Assembly: GCA_963777505.1 (NCBI GenBank)
Contig: CAVZQN010000001.1
Coordinates: forward strand, 640,001 to 704,000
Origin: an uncultured bacterium
GTDB taxonomy: Bacteria > Acidobacteriota > HRBIN11 > JAKEFK01
Direction of reading: 5' to 3'
Length of the DNA: 64,000 nt
Shown here: in pieces, positions 41,786 to 51,577 of the stretch
Position numbering within the stretch: the first letter of the stretch is position 1
How the letters are laid out: the number at the start of each line of letters is the position of its first letter
Notes under the pieces: model-generated
What the model saw: the letters and a program-made list of their open reading frames with translations, nothing else
What the model was told of the DNA's origin: nothing
Database searches by the model: none
Program-made: the position numbers and the translations under genes

Positions 41786-42172
41786 ATGCGACATAAAAAT
41801 GATTCCACCAAACGGTTTTTAGAAGAACTTTCCACTGTGAATGAGTCCGTGCCAATTATCGTTGAGGGCTCCCGCGATGTTCAAACGCTGAGAGCGTTAG
41901 GAATTCGCGGCCGCATCGTAACAGTTCATTCAGGCAGAAGCATTCAGCAGTTTTGCGATGAATATTCGGAAGAATATGGCGAAGCTGTCATATTGACAGA
42001 TTGGGATTCGCGAGGAAACCAAATCTTTTCAATGCTGACACGTTTTCTTGAAGCTGATTGGGAACGTTACAATCATTTTCGGGAACGATTAATGCATCTT
42101 GCTGGAAGCTCCTTTCGTGAAGTTGAAAGGATGCTTGTTTGGGAGCATCTTGCGCTTTCGAATCCAGCATGA
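41786..42172 (+). CDS. Stand-alone TOPRIM-domain protein
   Basis: IIVEGSRD and ILTDWDSRG motifs. Confidence 0.82.
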   Translation: MRHKNDSTKRFLEELSTVNESVPIIVEGSRDVQTLRALGIRGRIVTVHSGRSIQQFCDEYSEEYGEAVILTDWDSRGNQIFSMLTRFLEADWERYNHFRERLMHLAGSSFREVERMLVWEHLALSNPA

Positions 42173-42687
42173 GCATTCTGACTCATGATGAGATTTTAAA
42201 GGAAATAAAGTCAGGCGCGATCAGAATCGAGCCATACCATCCGGAATGCGTAGGCCCGGCTAGTGTAGATCTTCATCTGGGAAAGGAATTTCGTGTATTC
42301 CGCAAAGTTCATGATGTCGTTCGCGTAACTCCTGATTCAAATTACGAAGAAATCACCGAACGGATATTGGTCGATGATCATCTTCTTTTAATGCCTCAGG
42401 AAACTGTTCTGGGAATTACCGAAGAAAAGATTACGTTGTCATCAAACTTATGTGGATGGCTCGAAGGACGTAGCCGTTTTTCAAGACTTGGTTTGCTTGT
42501 GCATATTTCCGCAAGTTTCATGCAGCCTGGAATTGCAAACAAACAAGTGCTGGAAATCAGTAATCAATCACCGATGCCACTTGCGTTATATCCAGGCATA
42601 GCAATCTGCCAATTTATTTTTCAACGAACGATTGGTGAAGCAACGTATCAAGGTAAATTTAAAAATCAAAAGGAAGGAAACTTCTAG
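42169..42687 (+). CDS. dcd: dCTP deaminase
   Basis: PASVDLHL, EGRSRFSRLGL, LEI, CQFIF; ATGA overlap with the toprim gene. Confidence 0.9.
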   Translation: MSILTHDEILKEIKSGAIRIEPYHPECVGPASVDLHLGKEFRVFRKVHDVVRVTPDSNYEEITERILVDDHLLLMPQETVLGITEEKITLSSNLCGWLEGRSRFSRLGLLVHISASFMQPGIANKQVLEISNQSPMPLALYPGIAICQFIFQRTIGEATYQGKFKNQKEGNF

Positions 42688-42705
42688 GTCTCGGCGCCTC
42701 TGCGG

Positions 42706-43590
42706 TTAATCTGTTCGCCAGTTATCAGGCAAATCTAAAACGATCGCTTCAGGCGATTGTTCAGCAAGATTATCGAACGTTAAAACAACCCGTTTCCCCG
42801 CCTCATACCAACCTAATCCTTCCCAATTCATGGTCTTTAGATGATCAGGGATTTTGCTTTTCAGATCGAATGGTTCGCCGAATCGTTTTCCTGCCTGATC
42901 AAAACGCTGAAGCCAAAGATAACGATATTCGCGTACTGGTAGCCCATTTTGTGAAGACAACAATACAATGAATCCCCATTCAATGGTGTCATCTTCTTTC
43001 GGAAGACGGCTCCAAACAAGATCCGGCGCGCGAAATCGTTGCGCTTCCGGTTCAGACCCAGAAAATTCGAAAACTTGCAGTTCCAAAATCTTCAAATCCT
43101 TCGTTTTGAAGGTTAGATTTTTTTCATTGGATTGAATGTTACTAAGAATGACCAGAGGTTTGAATGCTATTTTTCTAACTGACTCTTTCAGTTGATATGG
43201 AATTTTTTCCGCTTCAGGATATCCACCTTCCCAAACGAGTGCTACATTGGATGAACCGTCATCGTTTTTGCGAACAGTTACGCCTTCTAAACCGATCCCA
43301 CCGAATTCAGTAAACGATTCCGGGTATTGAGCCACCATTCCTGTTTCACTGATGAGTGAAAACAAAGTTTCAGAAAGAACGACCACCCGGCCGTCTGCGA
43401 GAACATTGATCCCTTCCAGGTCGAGTGCGACTGCAGTTTCACCGAGGACTCTCTTTTCCAGCTTTTCAGGAAGCAATGCAATTCGAAACTCATTTTCATC
43501 ATTGAGCGGGAAGCGGAAATAGGAACCAGGCACTTTGTCCGCAGCAATGAGCAGACGTATTTCCGTCGCGAACGATTCCTGAAGCTCCAA
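42706..43590 (-). CDS. Hypothetical protein, possibly beta-propeller; 5' end uncertain
   Basis: Long ORF with repeated LEG/WEG motifs; no convincing start. Confidence 0.55.
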   Translation of the reverse strand: MELQESFATEIRLLIAADKVPGSYFRFPLNDENEFRIALLPEKLEKRVLGETAVALDLEGINVLADGRVVVLSETLFSLISETGMVAQYPESFTEFGGIGLEGVTVRKNDDGSSNVALVWEGGYPEAEKIPYQLKESVRKIAFKPLVILSNIQSNEKNLTFKTKDLKILELQVFEFSGSEPEAQRFRAPDLVWSRLPKEDDTIEWGFIVLLSSQNGLPVREYRYLWLQRFDQAGKRFGEPFDLKSKIPDHLKTMNWEGLGWYEAGKRVVLTFDNLAEQSPEAIVLDLPDNWRTD

Positions 43591-43693
43591 CTAAAATTGG
43601 ATCGAGAGCGGCGTGAGAAAAGCGCAGAGTCAAACAAACTAGAAGTAGAGAAAGTAGAAGCCGTTTCATTTAAGAACTAACGCGTGGTGATAT

Positions 43694-45340
43694 TTAATCG
43701 AGCATCGGAATCTTTATGTTTTTTTCAGTTGCGACAGACTTCGCTTCATCATAACCTGCATCAACATGGCGAATGACACCCATTCCTGGATCGCATGTCA
43801 AAACGCGCGAAAGGCGTCGCGATGCCGCATCTGACCCATCAGCAACAATGACCATCCCTGCATGCAATGATTGTCCGATTCCAACACCGCCGCCATGATG
43901 ATACGAAACCCATGTAGCTCCTGAAACTGCATTCAGTAAGGCGTTTAAAATTGGCCAATCGGCAATTGCATCACTTCCATCTTTCATCCCTTCCGTTTCA
44001 CGCCGCGGCGATGCAACAGAACCACAATCTAAATGATCCCTCCCGATAACAATCGGAGCACTGACTTCTCCTTTTTTTACAAGATGATTGATTCTCTCGC
44101 CAAATTCTGCACGCTCACCATAGCCAAGCCAGCAAATCCGCGCAGGCAATCCTTGAAACTGAACCCGTTCGTTAGCAAGTTTGATCCAACGAGCGAGTGA
44201 TTCATTCTTTGGAAACGTTTCAAGAATCGCACGGTCGGTGCGATGAATATCTGAAGGTTCACCCGATAATGCAACCCAACGGAATGGTCCTTTGCCTTCA
44301 CAAAAAAGTGGACGAATATAAGCATGAACAAAACCAGGAAAATCGAATGCCTGTTTTTCTCCGTTTTGAAATGCCATTCCACGAATGTTATTGCCATAAT
44401 CGAATACAACTGAGCCACGCTTTTGCAATTCCAGCATGGCTCGCACTTGTTCTGTCATTGCTTCCATCGAACGGCGAATGTATTCCTTCGGATTTTTTTG
44501 TTTTAGCACCGCAGGATCTTCATCAGGCAAATTATTTGGAACATAGCCATTGAGCGGATCATGAGCGGACGTTTGATCGGTGACTATATCCGGAATAACA
44601 TCGCGACGAACAAGTTCCGGAAATATATCTGCGGCATTGGCCTGTAGACCGACCGAAATCGCTTTGCCTTGTTTTCGTGATTCATCGATCAGTGAGAGCG
44701 CTTCATCCAACGTACCTGTAACAACATCTAGATAGCGTGTCTGCAAGCGGCGTTGAATGCGATTTCCATCAACTTCTATGCAAAGGATTGTTCCTTCATT
44801 CATTGTTACAGCCAGGGGCTGAGCACCACCCATACCCCCTAAGCCAGCAGTTAGAACAAAACGGCCTCGCAGCGTTCCACCAAAATGGCGGCGCGCAATT
44901 TCCGCAAAAGTCTCATATGTCCCCTGCAAAATGCCCTGAGTACCAATGTAAATCCAACTTCCGGCTGTCATCTGCCCATACATGATTAAGCCCATCGCTT
45001 CCAACCGCCAGAATTCTTCCCATGTTGCCCACGCAGGTACAAGGTTGGAATTAGCAATCAAAACGCGCGGAGCATCTTCATGTGTACGAAAGATTCCCAC
45101 CGGTTTTCCAGACTGGACTAACAAAGTTTCATCTGAATCGAGGTCCCGAAGACTTCGCACAATCGCTTCGAAACAATCCCAGTTGCGCGCCGCTTTGCCA
45201 GATCCCCCGTATACGATCAATTCTTCCGGCTTTTCGGCGATATCAGGATCCAGATTATTCATTAACATTCGCAATGCGGCTTCTTGAAGCCAACCTTTAC
45301 AGCTAATTGTCGATCCTCGGGGCGCTCTCACTGTTCTCAT
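43694..45340 (-). CDS. hutU: Urocanate hydratase
   Basis: [33 protein letters not shown]; start at MRTVRAPRG. Confidence 0.96.
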   Translation of the reverse strand: MRTVRAPRGSTISCKGWLQEAALRMLMNNLDPDIAEKPEELIVYGGSGKAARNWDCFEAIVRSLRDLDSDETLLVQSGKPVGIFRTHEDAPRVLIANSNLVPAWATWEEFWRLEAMGLIMYGQMTAGSWIYIGTQGILQGTYETFAEIARRHFGGTLRGRFVLTAGLGGMGGAQPLAVTMNEGTILCIEVDGNRIQRRLQTRYLDVVTGTLDEALSLIDESRKQGKAISVGLQANAADIFPELVRRDVIPDIVTDQTSAHDPLNGYVPNNLPDEDPAVLKQKNPKEYIRRSMEAMTEQVRAMLELQKRGSVVFDYGNNIRGMAFQNGEKQAFDFPGFVHAYIRPLFCEGKGPFRWVALSGEPSDIHRTDRAILETFPKNESLARWIKLANERVQFQGLPARICWLGYGERAEFGERINHLVKKGEVSAPIVIGRDHLDCGSVASPRRETEGMKDGSDAIADWPILNALLNAVSGATWVSYHHGGGVGIGQSLHAGMVIVADGSDAASRRLSRVLTCDPGMGVIRHVDAGYDEAKSVATEKNIKIPMLD

Positions 45341-45404
45341 GAAGGCTATTTTAGTACACAAAAGTAAATTGTTAACTCTGTGTCTTTGTGGTGAAATTGA
45401 ATCC

Positions 45405-46934
45405 ATGAAAGTTGTTATTGATGGAAATCATTTATCTATCCCAGACATTGCAGCGGTTGCCCGCGATGATGCGGAAGTATCCATTGCTCCCGAAGCAATG
45501 GATCGCATGATTCAATCGCGTAAAGTCATTGATCAAATTTTAGAAACGAATCAAGCCGTGTATGGAGTGAATACTGGATTCGGCAAACTTGCTGATGTTC
45601 GAATTCCAGCGCATCAGGTCAATGAACTTCAACTGAATTTGATCCGCAGTCATGCTGCCGGAGTCGGCAATCCATTTTCTGTTGTTGTTACGCGCGCTAT
45701 TATGCTTTTGCGCGCGAATGTTTTAGCAAAAGGAAATTCAGGAATTCGTCCGAAGGTTGTTCAGCTTCTAACAGACATGCTGAACAAACGAATACATCCC
45801 GTGATTCCGGAGAAAGGTTCAGTAGGAGCGAGCGGAGATCTTGCACCGCTGGCACATCTGGCGCTTGTTCTTATCGGCGAAGGGAATGCTTTTAGCGGTT
45901 CATCGATTCTTCCAGGCAAACAAGCTCTTTCAGAAAGAGGATTAAATCCGGTTGTGTTGCAGGCGAAGGAAGGTCTGGCCTTAATCAACGGAACACAAGC
46001 GATGACTGGAGTTGGTGCTTTGTGCTGGCTTGATTTATTCAGGATAGCGCGAATCGCAGATGCTGCAGGCGCATTATCTGTTGATGTCATGCGCGGGACT
46101 GATGATGCATTTGACGAACGGATCGTTAATGTACGTCCGCATGCCGGCGCTATTACTGTTGCTCGAAATTTAAGAGATTTGATGCGCGGCAGCAGGATTC
46201 GCGAATCGCATCGACAATCCGCACACAAAGTGCAGGATCATTACTCGCTACGTTGTATGCCGCAAGTTCATGGAGTCGTGCGCGATACTCTGCAAACAAT
46301 AGAACGATGGATCCAAATTGAAATCAATGCAGCGACCGATAATCCACTGGTTTTTCCGGAGGATCATGCTTTGATCAGCGGAGGGAATTTTCACGGCGCT
46401 CCAATGTCAATCGGCTTCGATTTTCTCAGCATTGCGGCCACACAACTTGCAAGCATTTCAGAACGCCGCACTGCCCTTCTGGTTGATCCTTCTCAAAGTG
46501 ATTTACCTGCTTTCCTGATGCAAGAAGCCGGTTTGAATTCAGGGTTTATGATGGCACAGGTTACGGCTGCAGCCCTTGTCTCCGAAAATAAAATTCTGGC
46601 ACATCCCGCAAGCGCTGATACGATTCCAACTTCTGCTAACAAAGAAGACCACGTTAGCATGGGAGTTACGTCTGCACTGAAGTTGCAACAAATTATTCAA
46701 AACACCGCATACGTTGTTGCCATTGAATTACTTTGTGCCGCACAAGCTGCTGATTTGCTCGCGCCGCTAAAAACTTCTGAATCCCTGCAGATTTTACATC
46801 AACGGATTCGCTCTTATGTTCCCAAAATGGAAAAAGACCGCGTCCTATCAGAAGATATTGCATCGATTGTCCGCATCATGGAAACCAATTCGTTCTTGCG
46901 CGACATCGAAACCGAACTCGGACACCCACTCTGA
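45405..46934 (+). CDS. hutH: Histidine ammonia-lyase
   Basis: [22 protein letters not shown] (MIO), DNPL, GGNFH, EDHVSM; start at MKVVIDG. Confidence 0.95.
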   Translation: MKVVIDGNHLSIPDIAAVARDDAEVSIAPEAMDRMIQSRKVIDQILETNQAVYGVNTGFGKLADVRIPAHQVNELQLNLIRSHAAGVGNPFSVVVTRAIMLLRANVLAKGNSGIRPKVVQLLTDMLNKRIHPVIPEKGSVGASGDLAPLAHLALVLIGEGNAFSGSSILPGKQALSERGLNPVVLQAKEGLALINGTQAMTGVGALCWLDLFRIARIADAAGALSVDVMRGTDDAFDERIVNVRPHAGAITVARNLRDLMRGSRIRESHRQSAHKVQDHYSLRCMPQVHGVVRDTLQTIERWIQIEINAATDNPLVFPEDHALISGGNFHGAPMSIGFDFLSIAATQLASISERRTALLVDPSQSDLPAFLMQEAGLNSGFMMAQVTAAALVSENKILAHPASADTIPTSANKEDHVSMGVTSALKLQQIIQNTAYVVAIELLCAAQAADLLAPLKTSESLQILHQRIRSYVPKMEKDRVLSEDIASIVRIMETNSFLRDIETELGHPL

Positions 46935-46980
46935 GTCTTTGCGGTAAAAATTGAATCAGGTTTGATACAATAACAACGCT

Positions 46981-48232
46981 ATGCCGAATTTAGCTATTGT
47001 TGGAGCTCAATGGGGCGATGAAGGGAAAGGGAAAATTGTAGACCTTGTGTCACTGCATTTTGATTACGTAGCCCGTTACCAAGGCGGCCACAATGCAGGT
47101 CACACAGTAATGATTCAAGGAAAGAGTTACGTTCTGCAGTTGATTCCCTCAGGCATGTTTCGCGGCGGGAAGCATGGAGTGATTGGAAATGGAGTCGTCA
47201 TTGAGCCATCTGCTTTAATGGCAGAAATCCGCCGGATGGAAGAAGCAGGTTTTACGTTTGAAAATCATCTTCATATTTCTGACCGGGCGCATGTGATCCT
47301 TCCTCATCATCGATGGCGTGAGCAGGAATCCGAAAAACAACTGGCAATTGGCACCACAATGCGAGGTATCGGTCCTGCATACGAAGATAAAGTCGCACGC
47401 CGCGGTTACAGAGTCGCTGATTTGGTCCGCGATGACTTTGAAGAAAAGATGAAGGAATTATATGAAGGAAAACCTCAAGCTGCTGAATTTTTGCAGCAAG
47501 TTCGGACCTATCAAAAGGAATTTTCAAAATACATTTGTCATTGTTCTTCACTTTTGGCAGAGGCGATCCGTGAAGGCAAAAAAATTCTTTTTGAAGGAGC
47601 ACAAGGAACAATGCTGGATGTAGATCATGGAACTTATCCGTTTGTTACATCAAGCAGTTGTGCTGCCGGCGGCATCGGAACAGGTCTTGGAATCGGTCCA
47701 GGAGCTGTCCACAAAGTTCTAGGCATCTCAAAAGCATACGTAACACGCGTTGGTGGAGGTCCTCTAACAACTGAATTGAACAATGAAATTGGTGAACTGA
47801 TCCGAACAAGAGGAAACGAATTTGGAGCCGTTACAGGGCGTCCACGAAGATGTGGATGGCTTGATCTGGTCGCATTAAAATACGCAGTTCAAATCAACGG
47901 ACTCGATGCGCTTTGTATCACCAAACTGGATATTTTGGATGCGTTGGATGAAATTCAATTGTGTGTTGCCTATCGTGGCCCATCAAATGAACAGATTCAG
48001 GAATATCCAGCATCTCTTGAGCTCCTTTCACAATGCGTTCCAGAATACAAAACCTTCGAAGGTTGGAAATCAAATACATTTGCAGTTCGAAAGTTAGATG
48101 ATATCTCTCCCAAGGCCCGCCGATATTTGGAATTTATCGAAGAATATTTACAAGTCCCGATTGCGCTTGTTGTCGACATCACCGGAAAGGGACGACACGG
48201 TGTTTTATCCAGCGTTTGATGCCTTGATATAA
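46981..48232 (+). CDS. purA: Adenylosuccinate synthetase (one-base frameshift near 48170)
   Basis: QWGDEGKG, GIGPAY, EGAQG, TGRPRRCGW; the conserved end STSPER..T lies in a shifted frame that stops at 48232. Confidence 0.93.
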
Positions 48233-48276
48233 CGCAGAGGAGCAGAGGTGCAGGGGAGCGGAGGAGCAAATACGTT

Positions 48277-48681
48277 GTGAATGAGAAGTGGTATGGAAAT
48301 GGATTGAAGTTTGAGTGCACGCAGTGCGGCCATTGCTGTACCGGTGCACCTGGTTACGTATGGGTCAGTTTGCCTGAAATTTATCGAATTGCCGAATTTT
48401 TACAAATGGATGATTACGAATTCAACAAGAAATACGTAAGGAAAGTTCATCAAAAGTTCAGCCTAATCGAAAAGCCAAATGGTGATTGTGTTTTTTACGA
48501 TAAAGGTTGCACAATCTATCCAGTGCGTCCAACACAATGTCGTACTTTTCCGTTTTGGCCTGAAATTGTCAAAAGCTCCACTTCCTGGAAAGTTGCGGCT
48601 GCAGAATGTCCCGGGATGAATGAAGGAACGCTCCATTCAGCCGAAGAAATCGATACTGCAGTTGCGCAGAACAAAAGTTAG
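48277..48681 (+). CDS. YkgJ-family cysteine-cluster (CxxCxxCC) protein
   Basis: CTQCGHCC, CVFY..GCTIYPVRPTQCRTFPFW. Confidence 0.88.
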   Translation: MNEKWYGNGLKFECTQCGHCCTGAPGYVWVSLPEIYRIAEFLQMDDYEFNKKYVRKVHQKFSLIEKPNGDCVFYDKGCTIYPVRPTQCRTFPFWPEIVKSSTSWKVAAAECPGMNEGTLHSAEEIDTAVAQNKS

Positions 48682-48701
48682 ACTTCGTGACCTTCGCGGA
48701 C

Positions 48702-49153
48702 TTACTCATAATTTCCAAACAGTCTTAAACGGATCGACCGTACAGACCCCATTCCTGTTAACTTCCGCGTGGCTTCAAAATACCCATCATTGGAATCGCC
48801 AATAATAAACAGTCCGCTTGGGCCAAGCTGTTCATCGACAACGACTGACTTCAAGATGGCGCCTCCTGCATCAAGAAATTGTATTTCAATCCGTTCGAGC
48901 AAAAGCGCAAATGCAATCAAATCCGGCGGCTGATGGCGGAAGACTTCAATCCGCAATTGCGTTTCCTGTTTGTTGGTCGGTTGAATGTGAAAGCGAACCT
49001 GGGCTGCACCATTTCCCAAGTTTGGATCATGAAACAATAATTCAGTGCCTGCGGAAACTCCTAGTTGAAAACTGTATTCTTCAAGGAGCGGTAATCTGTT
49101 TGAGCAAGTACAATCGATGCAAAGAAAGATGAAAATACTAACAGTCGCTTCAT
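48702..49153 (-). CDS. Hypothetical exported protein (frameshift near the 5' end)
   Basis: AGGAGG RBS and signal peptide MKRLLVFSSFFASIVLAQ at 49153; continues in the frame of ORF 48702-49037. Confidence 0.55.
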
Positions 49154-49178
49154 AAAATCCTCCTGACCTAAATATAAG

Positions 49179-49300
49179 TTTGTAGTAAGGTAGCAGTTCG
49201 ATCGCATTTATGCGATCGACCAGTCCCGTTTATGATTGATCAAACAATTCGAACTTACGGCACTGCCTCGCATTCGCTCGGCTGCGTGCCTATCTACAGA
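49179..49300. repeat. REP/MITE-like palindromic element, family A copy 3
   Basis: TTTGTAGTAAGGTAGCAG ... ACGGCACTGCCTCGCATTCGCTCGGCTGCGTGCCTATCTACAGA. Confidence 0.8.
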
Positions 49301-49323
49301 CCGTGTGTTAATATATTTACCTT

Positions 49324-49890
49324 ATGGATAAAGTCACCGCACAGATTGAAGCACGGCATCGGGTAGATTCGCTTCTATTTCATATTTTTGGAGCTTTACT
49401 TTTTGCATTGCTAACAGTTCTGGCTGCTCAGATCCGTATCCCGCTTCCATTTACACCCGTTCCAATGACGCTTCAAACGTTTATCGTCCCACTTGCTGGC
49501 GGCTTTCTTGGATTGCGATGGGGCATTGCGTCGATGTTGTTGTATTTTGTATTCGGGTTCCTGGATACAAATGCATTTGCTGCCGCAAGTAGAGGGGCGC
49601 CATTTCTGCTGGCTCCAACGGCTGGATACCTTGTAGGTTTTGTTGTGGCTGCTGCCATGATGGGGTGGGCGCGCGATCAAAAATTCAGCAACAGCGCATT
49701 GTTTGCTGCGTTGGTCGCTGCAAATTTGATGATCTTCTTTTGCGGAATGATTGGCCTCATGATTAATCTTTCAATGACACTTCCAGAAGCATGGCTTAAG
49801 GGAGTTGTTCCGTTTCTTGCGGGCGGAGCCTTGAAGCTTGCCGCTGCGTATCTGGTACTTGTTTCCTACCGTTCACTACGCAAAGACTAA
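49324..49890 (+). CDS. bioY: Biotin transporter BioY
   Basis: PVPMTLQT, PTAGYLVGF, GVVPFL; multi-TM. Confidence 0.9.
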   Translation: MDKVTAQIEARHRVDSLLFHIFGALLFALLTVLAAQIRIPLPFTPVPMTLQTFIVPLAGGFLGLRWGIASMLLYFVFGFLDTNAFAAASRGAPFLLAPTAGYLVGFVVAAAMMGWARDQKFSNSALFAALVAANLMIFFCGMIGLMINLSMTLPEAWLKGVVPFLAGGALKLAAAYLVLVSYRSLRKD

Positions 49891-49989
49891 GCTCTTTTCA
49901 GACACAAAGACGCAAAGACACAACGTGGCCAAACCACAACCAAAAAAACTTACCACGGAGTCACGGAGAGCACAGAGCTAACTCCGTGT

Positions 49990-50146
49990 GATTGGATCGT
50001 TGCCGATTTTCTTGAAACGCTGAGAATAGAGTCCCAAAACAAACCTCTTCATATAAAGAGATGAATTTCAAATTCTGTCAGATTTGTTTTGGGACTCTAT
50101 TCTCAGCCTCGTTCGCTACGCGAACGAAATCGGCAACGACCCAATC
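49990..50146. mobile_element. MITE-like 157-bp hairpin element
   Basis: 20-bp terminal IR with one mismatch, plus a perfect 25-bp internal IR (50019-50043 / 50083-50107); interrupts a nonamer repeat arm. Confidence 0.7.
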
Positions 50147-50279
50147 CTTCGTGACTTCGTGGTTATTTCTTTTCAATTAACAGGAATTTGAGCTTTAGTA
50201 CTATAAAGACAAAACGGACACTAATTTTTATTGAATTAATATTTGTGAACTTTGTGCCCTTGTGTCTTCGTGTTGAAAG

Positions 50280-51533
50280 CTACTGTTCTTTCAGCACAAA
50301 TAAACCGCGTTCTATATCGCTGATCAAAATATTTCCACTGGGCAGAAATGGAAACACACCCCAGGCGCCATTAAAACTCACTGCTCCATGCCCCGGATGC
50401 ATCCGTTGAGGTCCGCTGTCTTCTTTATCGTCTTCAGGATGAGTATCGAAAAAGGCAGTTTCTCGAATTTTAGTAGGATTGGTTACATCCATCACAACAA
50501 GACCACGAGTGTAATGGGAAAGATAAAGCTTATTTCCTACAACGTAGCCGTTATGTTCAATCGATTTTTTTCTGCCATGAAAGGTTCCAGCAACCTTCAG
50601 GTTTCTAAAATCTTGAATGTTGATTGTAAGAATCCGTGTGTTCCCTCCAGAATCGACTTCGTCGAATTCATCAAAATTGAACAGCCAGTTTTTGTTGGAC
50701 GAAATCCAGCTTGAGTGGGCATACCCTATTCGCGGATATGCAAACCGGTCCAGAACAACTGGATTACTCTTGTCTGTAAAATCGATTGTCCGCAAATCGC
50801 CCCCTGTTGATGCAAAAACAATTTCACAAGGATCATGGCCAGTTGCACATTGTCTCGCGCGAACGCCTGTAAATGTTTCGGCATAAATGTCATGGACATA
50901 CGTTTCGTTATATCTTCCAATAATTTTCGGATTCTTCGGGTTCTTTAAACTGTAAGCTAAAAGTCCTGCTTGATTGCTTCCTTGAACATAAAGGATCGGG
51001 GTTAGCCCTTCGATTCGTTTTCCACTGACAAAATCCACATTCGCGATAAACAACGTATGAGAAGTGGAAATTTCACGATCGGTAAATGCAAGTGATACTC
51101 GCCGCGGAAGCTCGGAAAGATCAATAACCTGCAGACCGCCATTAAATGCCTCTGTAGAAACGTATACATAGCCGTCCCACTTCTTCGTTTTGTCATTAAA
51201 AACGGAATAGACTTTTAATTCGCGCCAGTCAGAATCTTTTGCAGGAACAATCCCTACAACTCGCGGCTTAATTGGATTTGTAACATCAACAACACCTGTA
51301 CCGTTCGAAAGACCAATGATTGCATATTCATGTCCATCATCGGGATCGACATAACCCCAAAGATTACTCGCAGCTCTTGGAAGGGAACGAAATCCATCCA
51401 GGGTGACATTGGCCTGCTGCGTTACGCTTCTACAAGCATAGACACCACTTTTGCCGCTGGCGCACGGAAGTGCACCGGCATTGAGATCATGAATCCACAA
51501 CCCGAAAATTATAAGGAGTAAAATGATTCTCAT
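50280..51533 (-). CDS. Choice-of-anchor B / LVIVD-repeat secreted protein
   Basis: Signal peptide; NLWGY, WRELK, YAHSSW, DEFDE, HN, HYTRG, GAWGVFPFLPSG. Confidence 0.82.
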   Translation of the reverse strand: MRIILLLIIFGLWIHDLNAGALPCASGKSGVYACRSVTQQANVTLDGFRSLPRAASNLWGYVDPDDGHEYAIIGLSNGTGVVDVTNPIKPRVVGIVPAKDSDWRELKVYSVFNDKTKKWDGYVYVSTEAFNGGLQVIDLSELPRRVSLAFTDREISTSHTLFIANVDFVSGKRIEGLTPILYVQGSNQAGLLAYSLKNPKNPKIIGRYNETYVHDIYAETFTGVRARQCATGHDPCEIVFASTGGDLRTIDFTDKSNPVVLDRFAYPRIGYAHSSWISSNKNWLFNFDEFDEVDSGGNTRILTINIQDFRNLKVAGTFHGRKKSIEHNGYVVGNKLYLSHYTRGLVVMDVTNPTKIRETAFFDTHPEDDKEDSGPQRMHPGHGAVSFNGAWGVFPFLPSGNILISDIERGLFVLKEQ

Positions 51534-51577
51534 ATCGAACTCCGCCTTACCAATATGTGACCTTTTGTAGACTTTCA

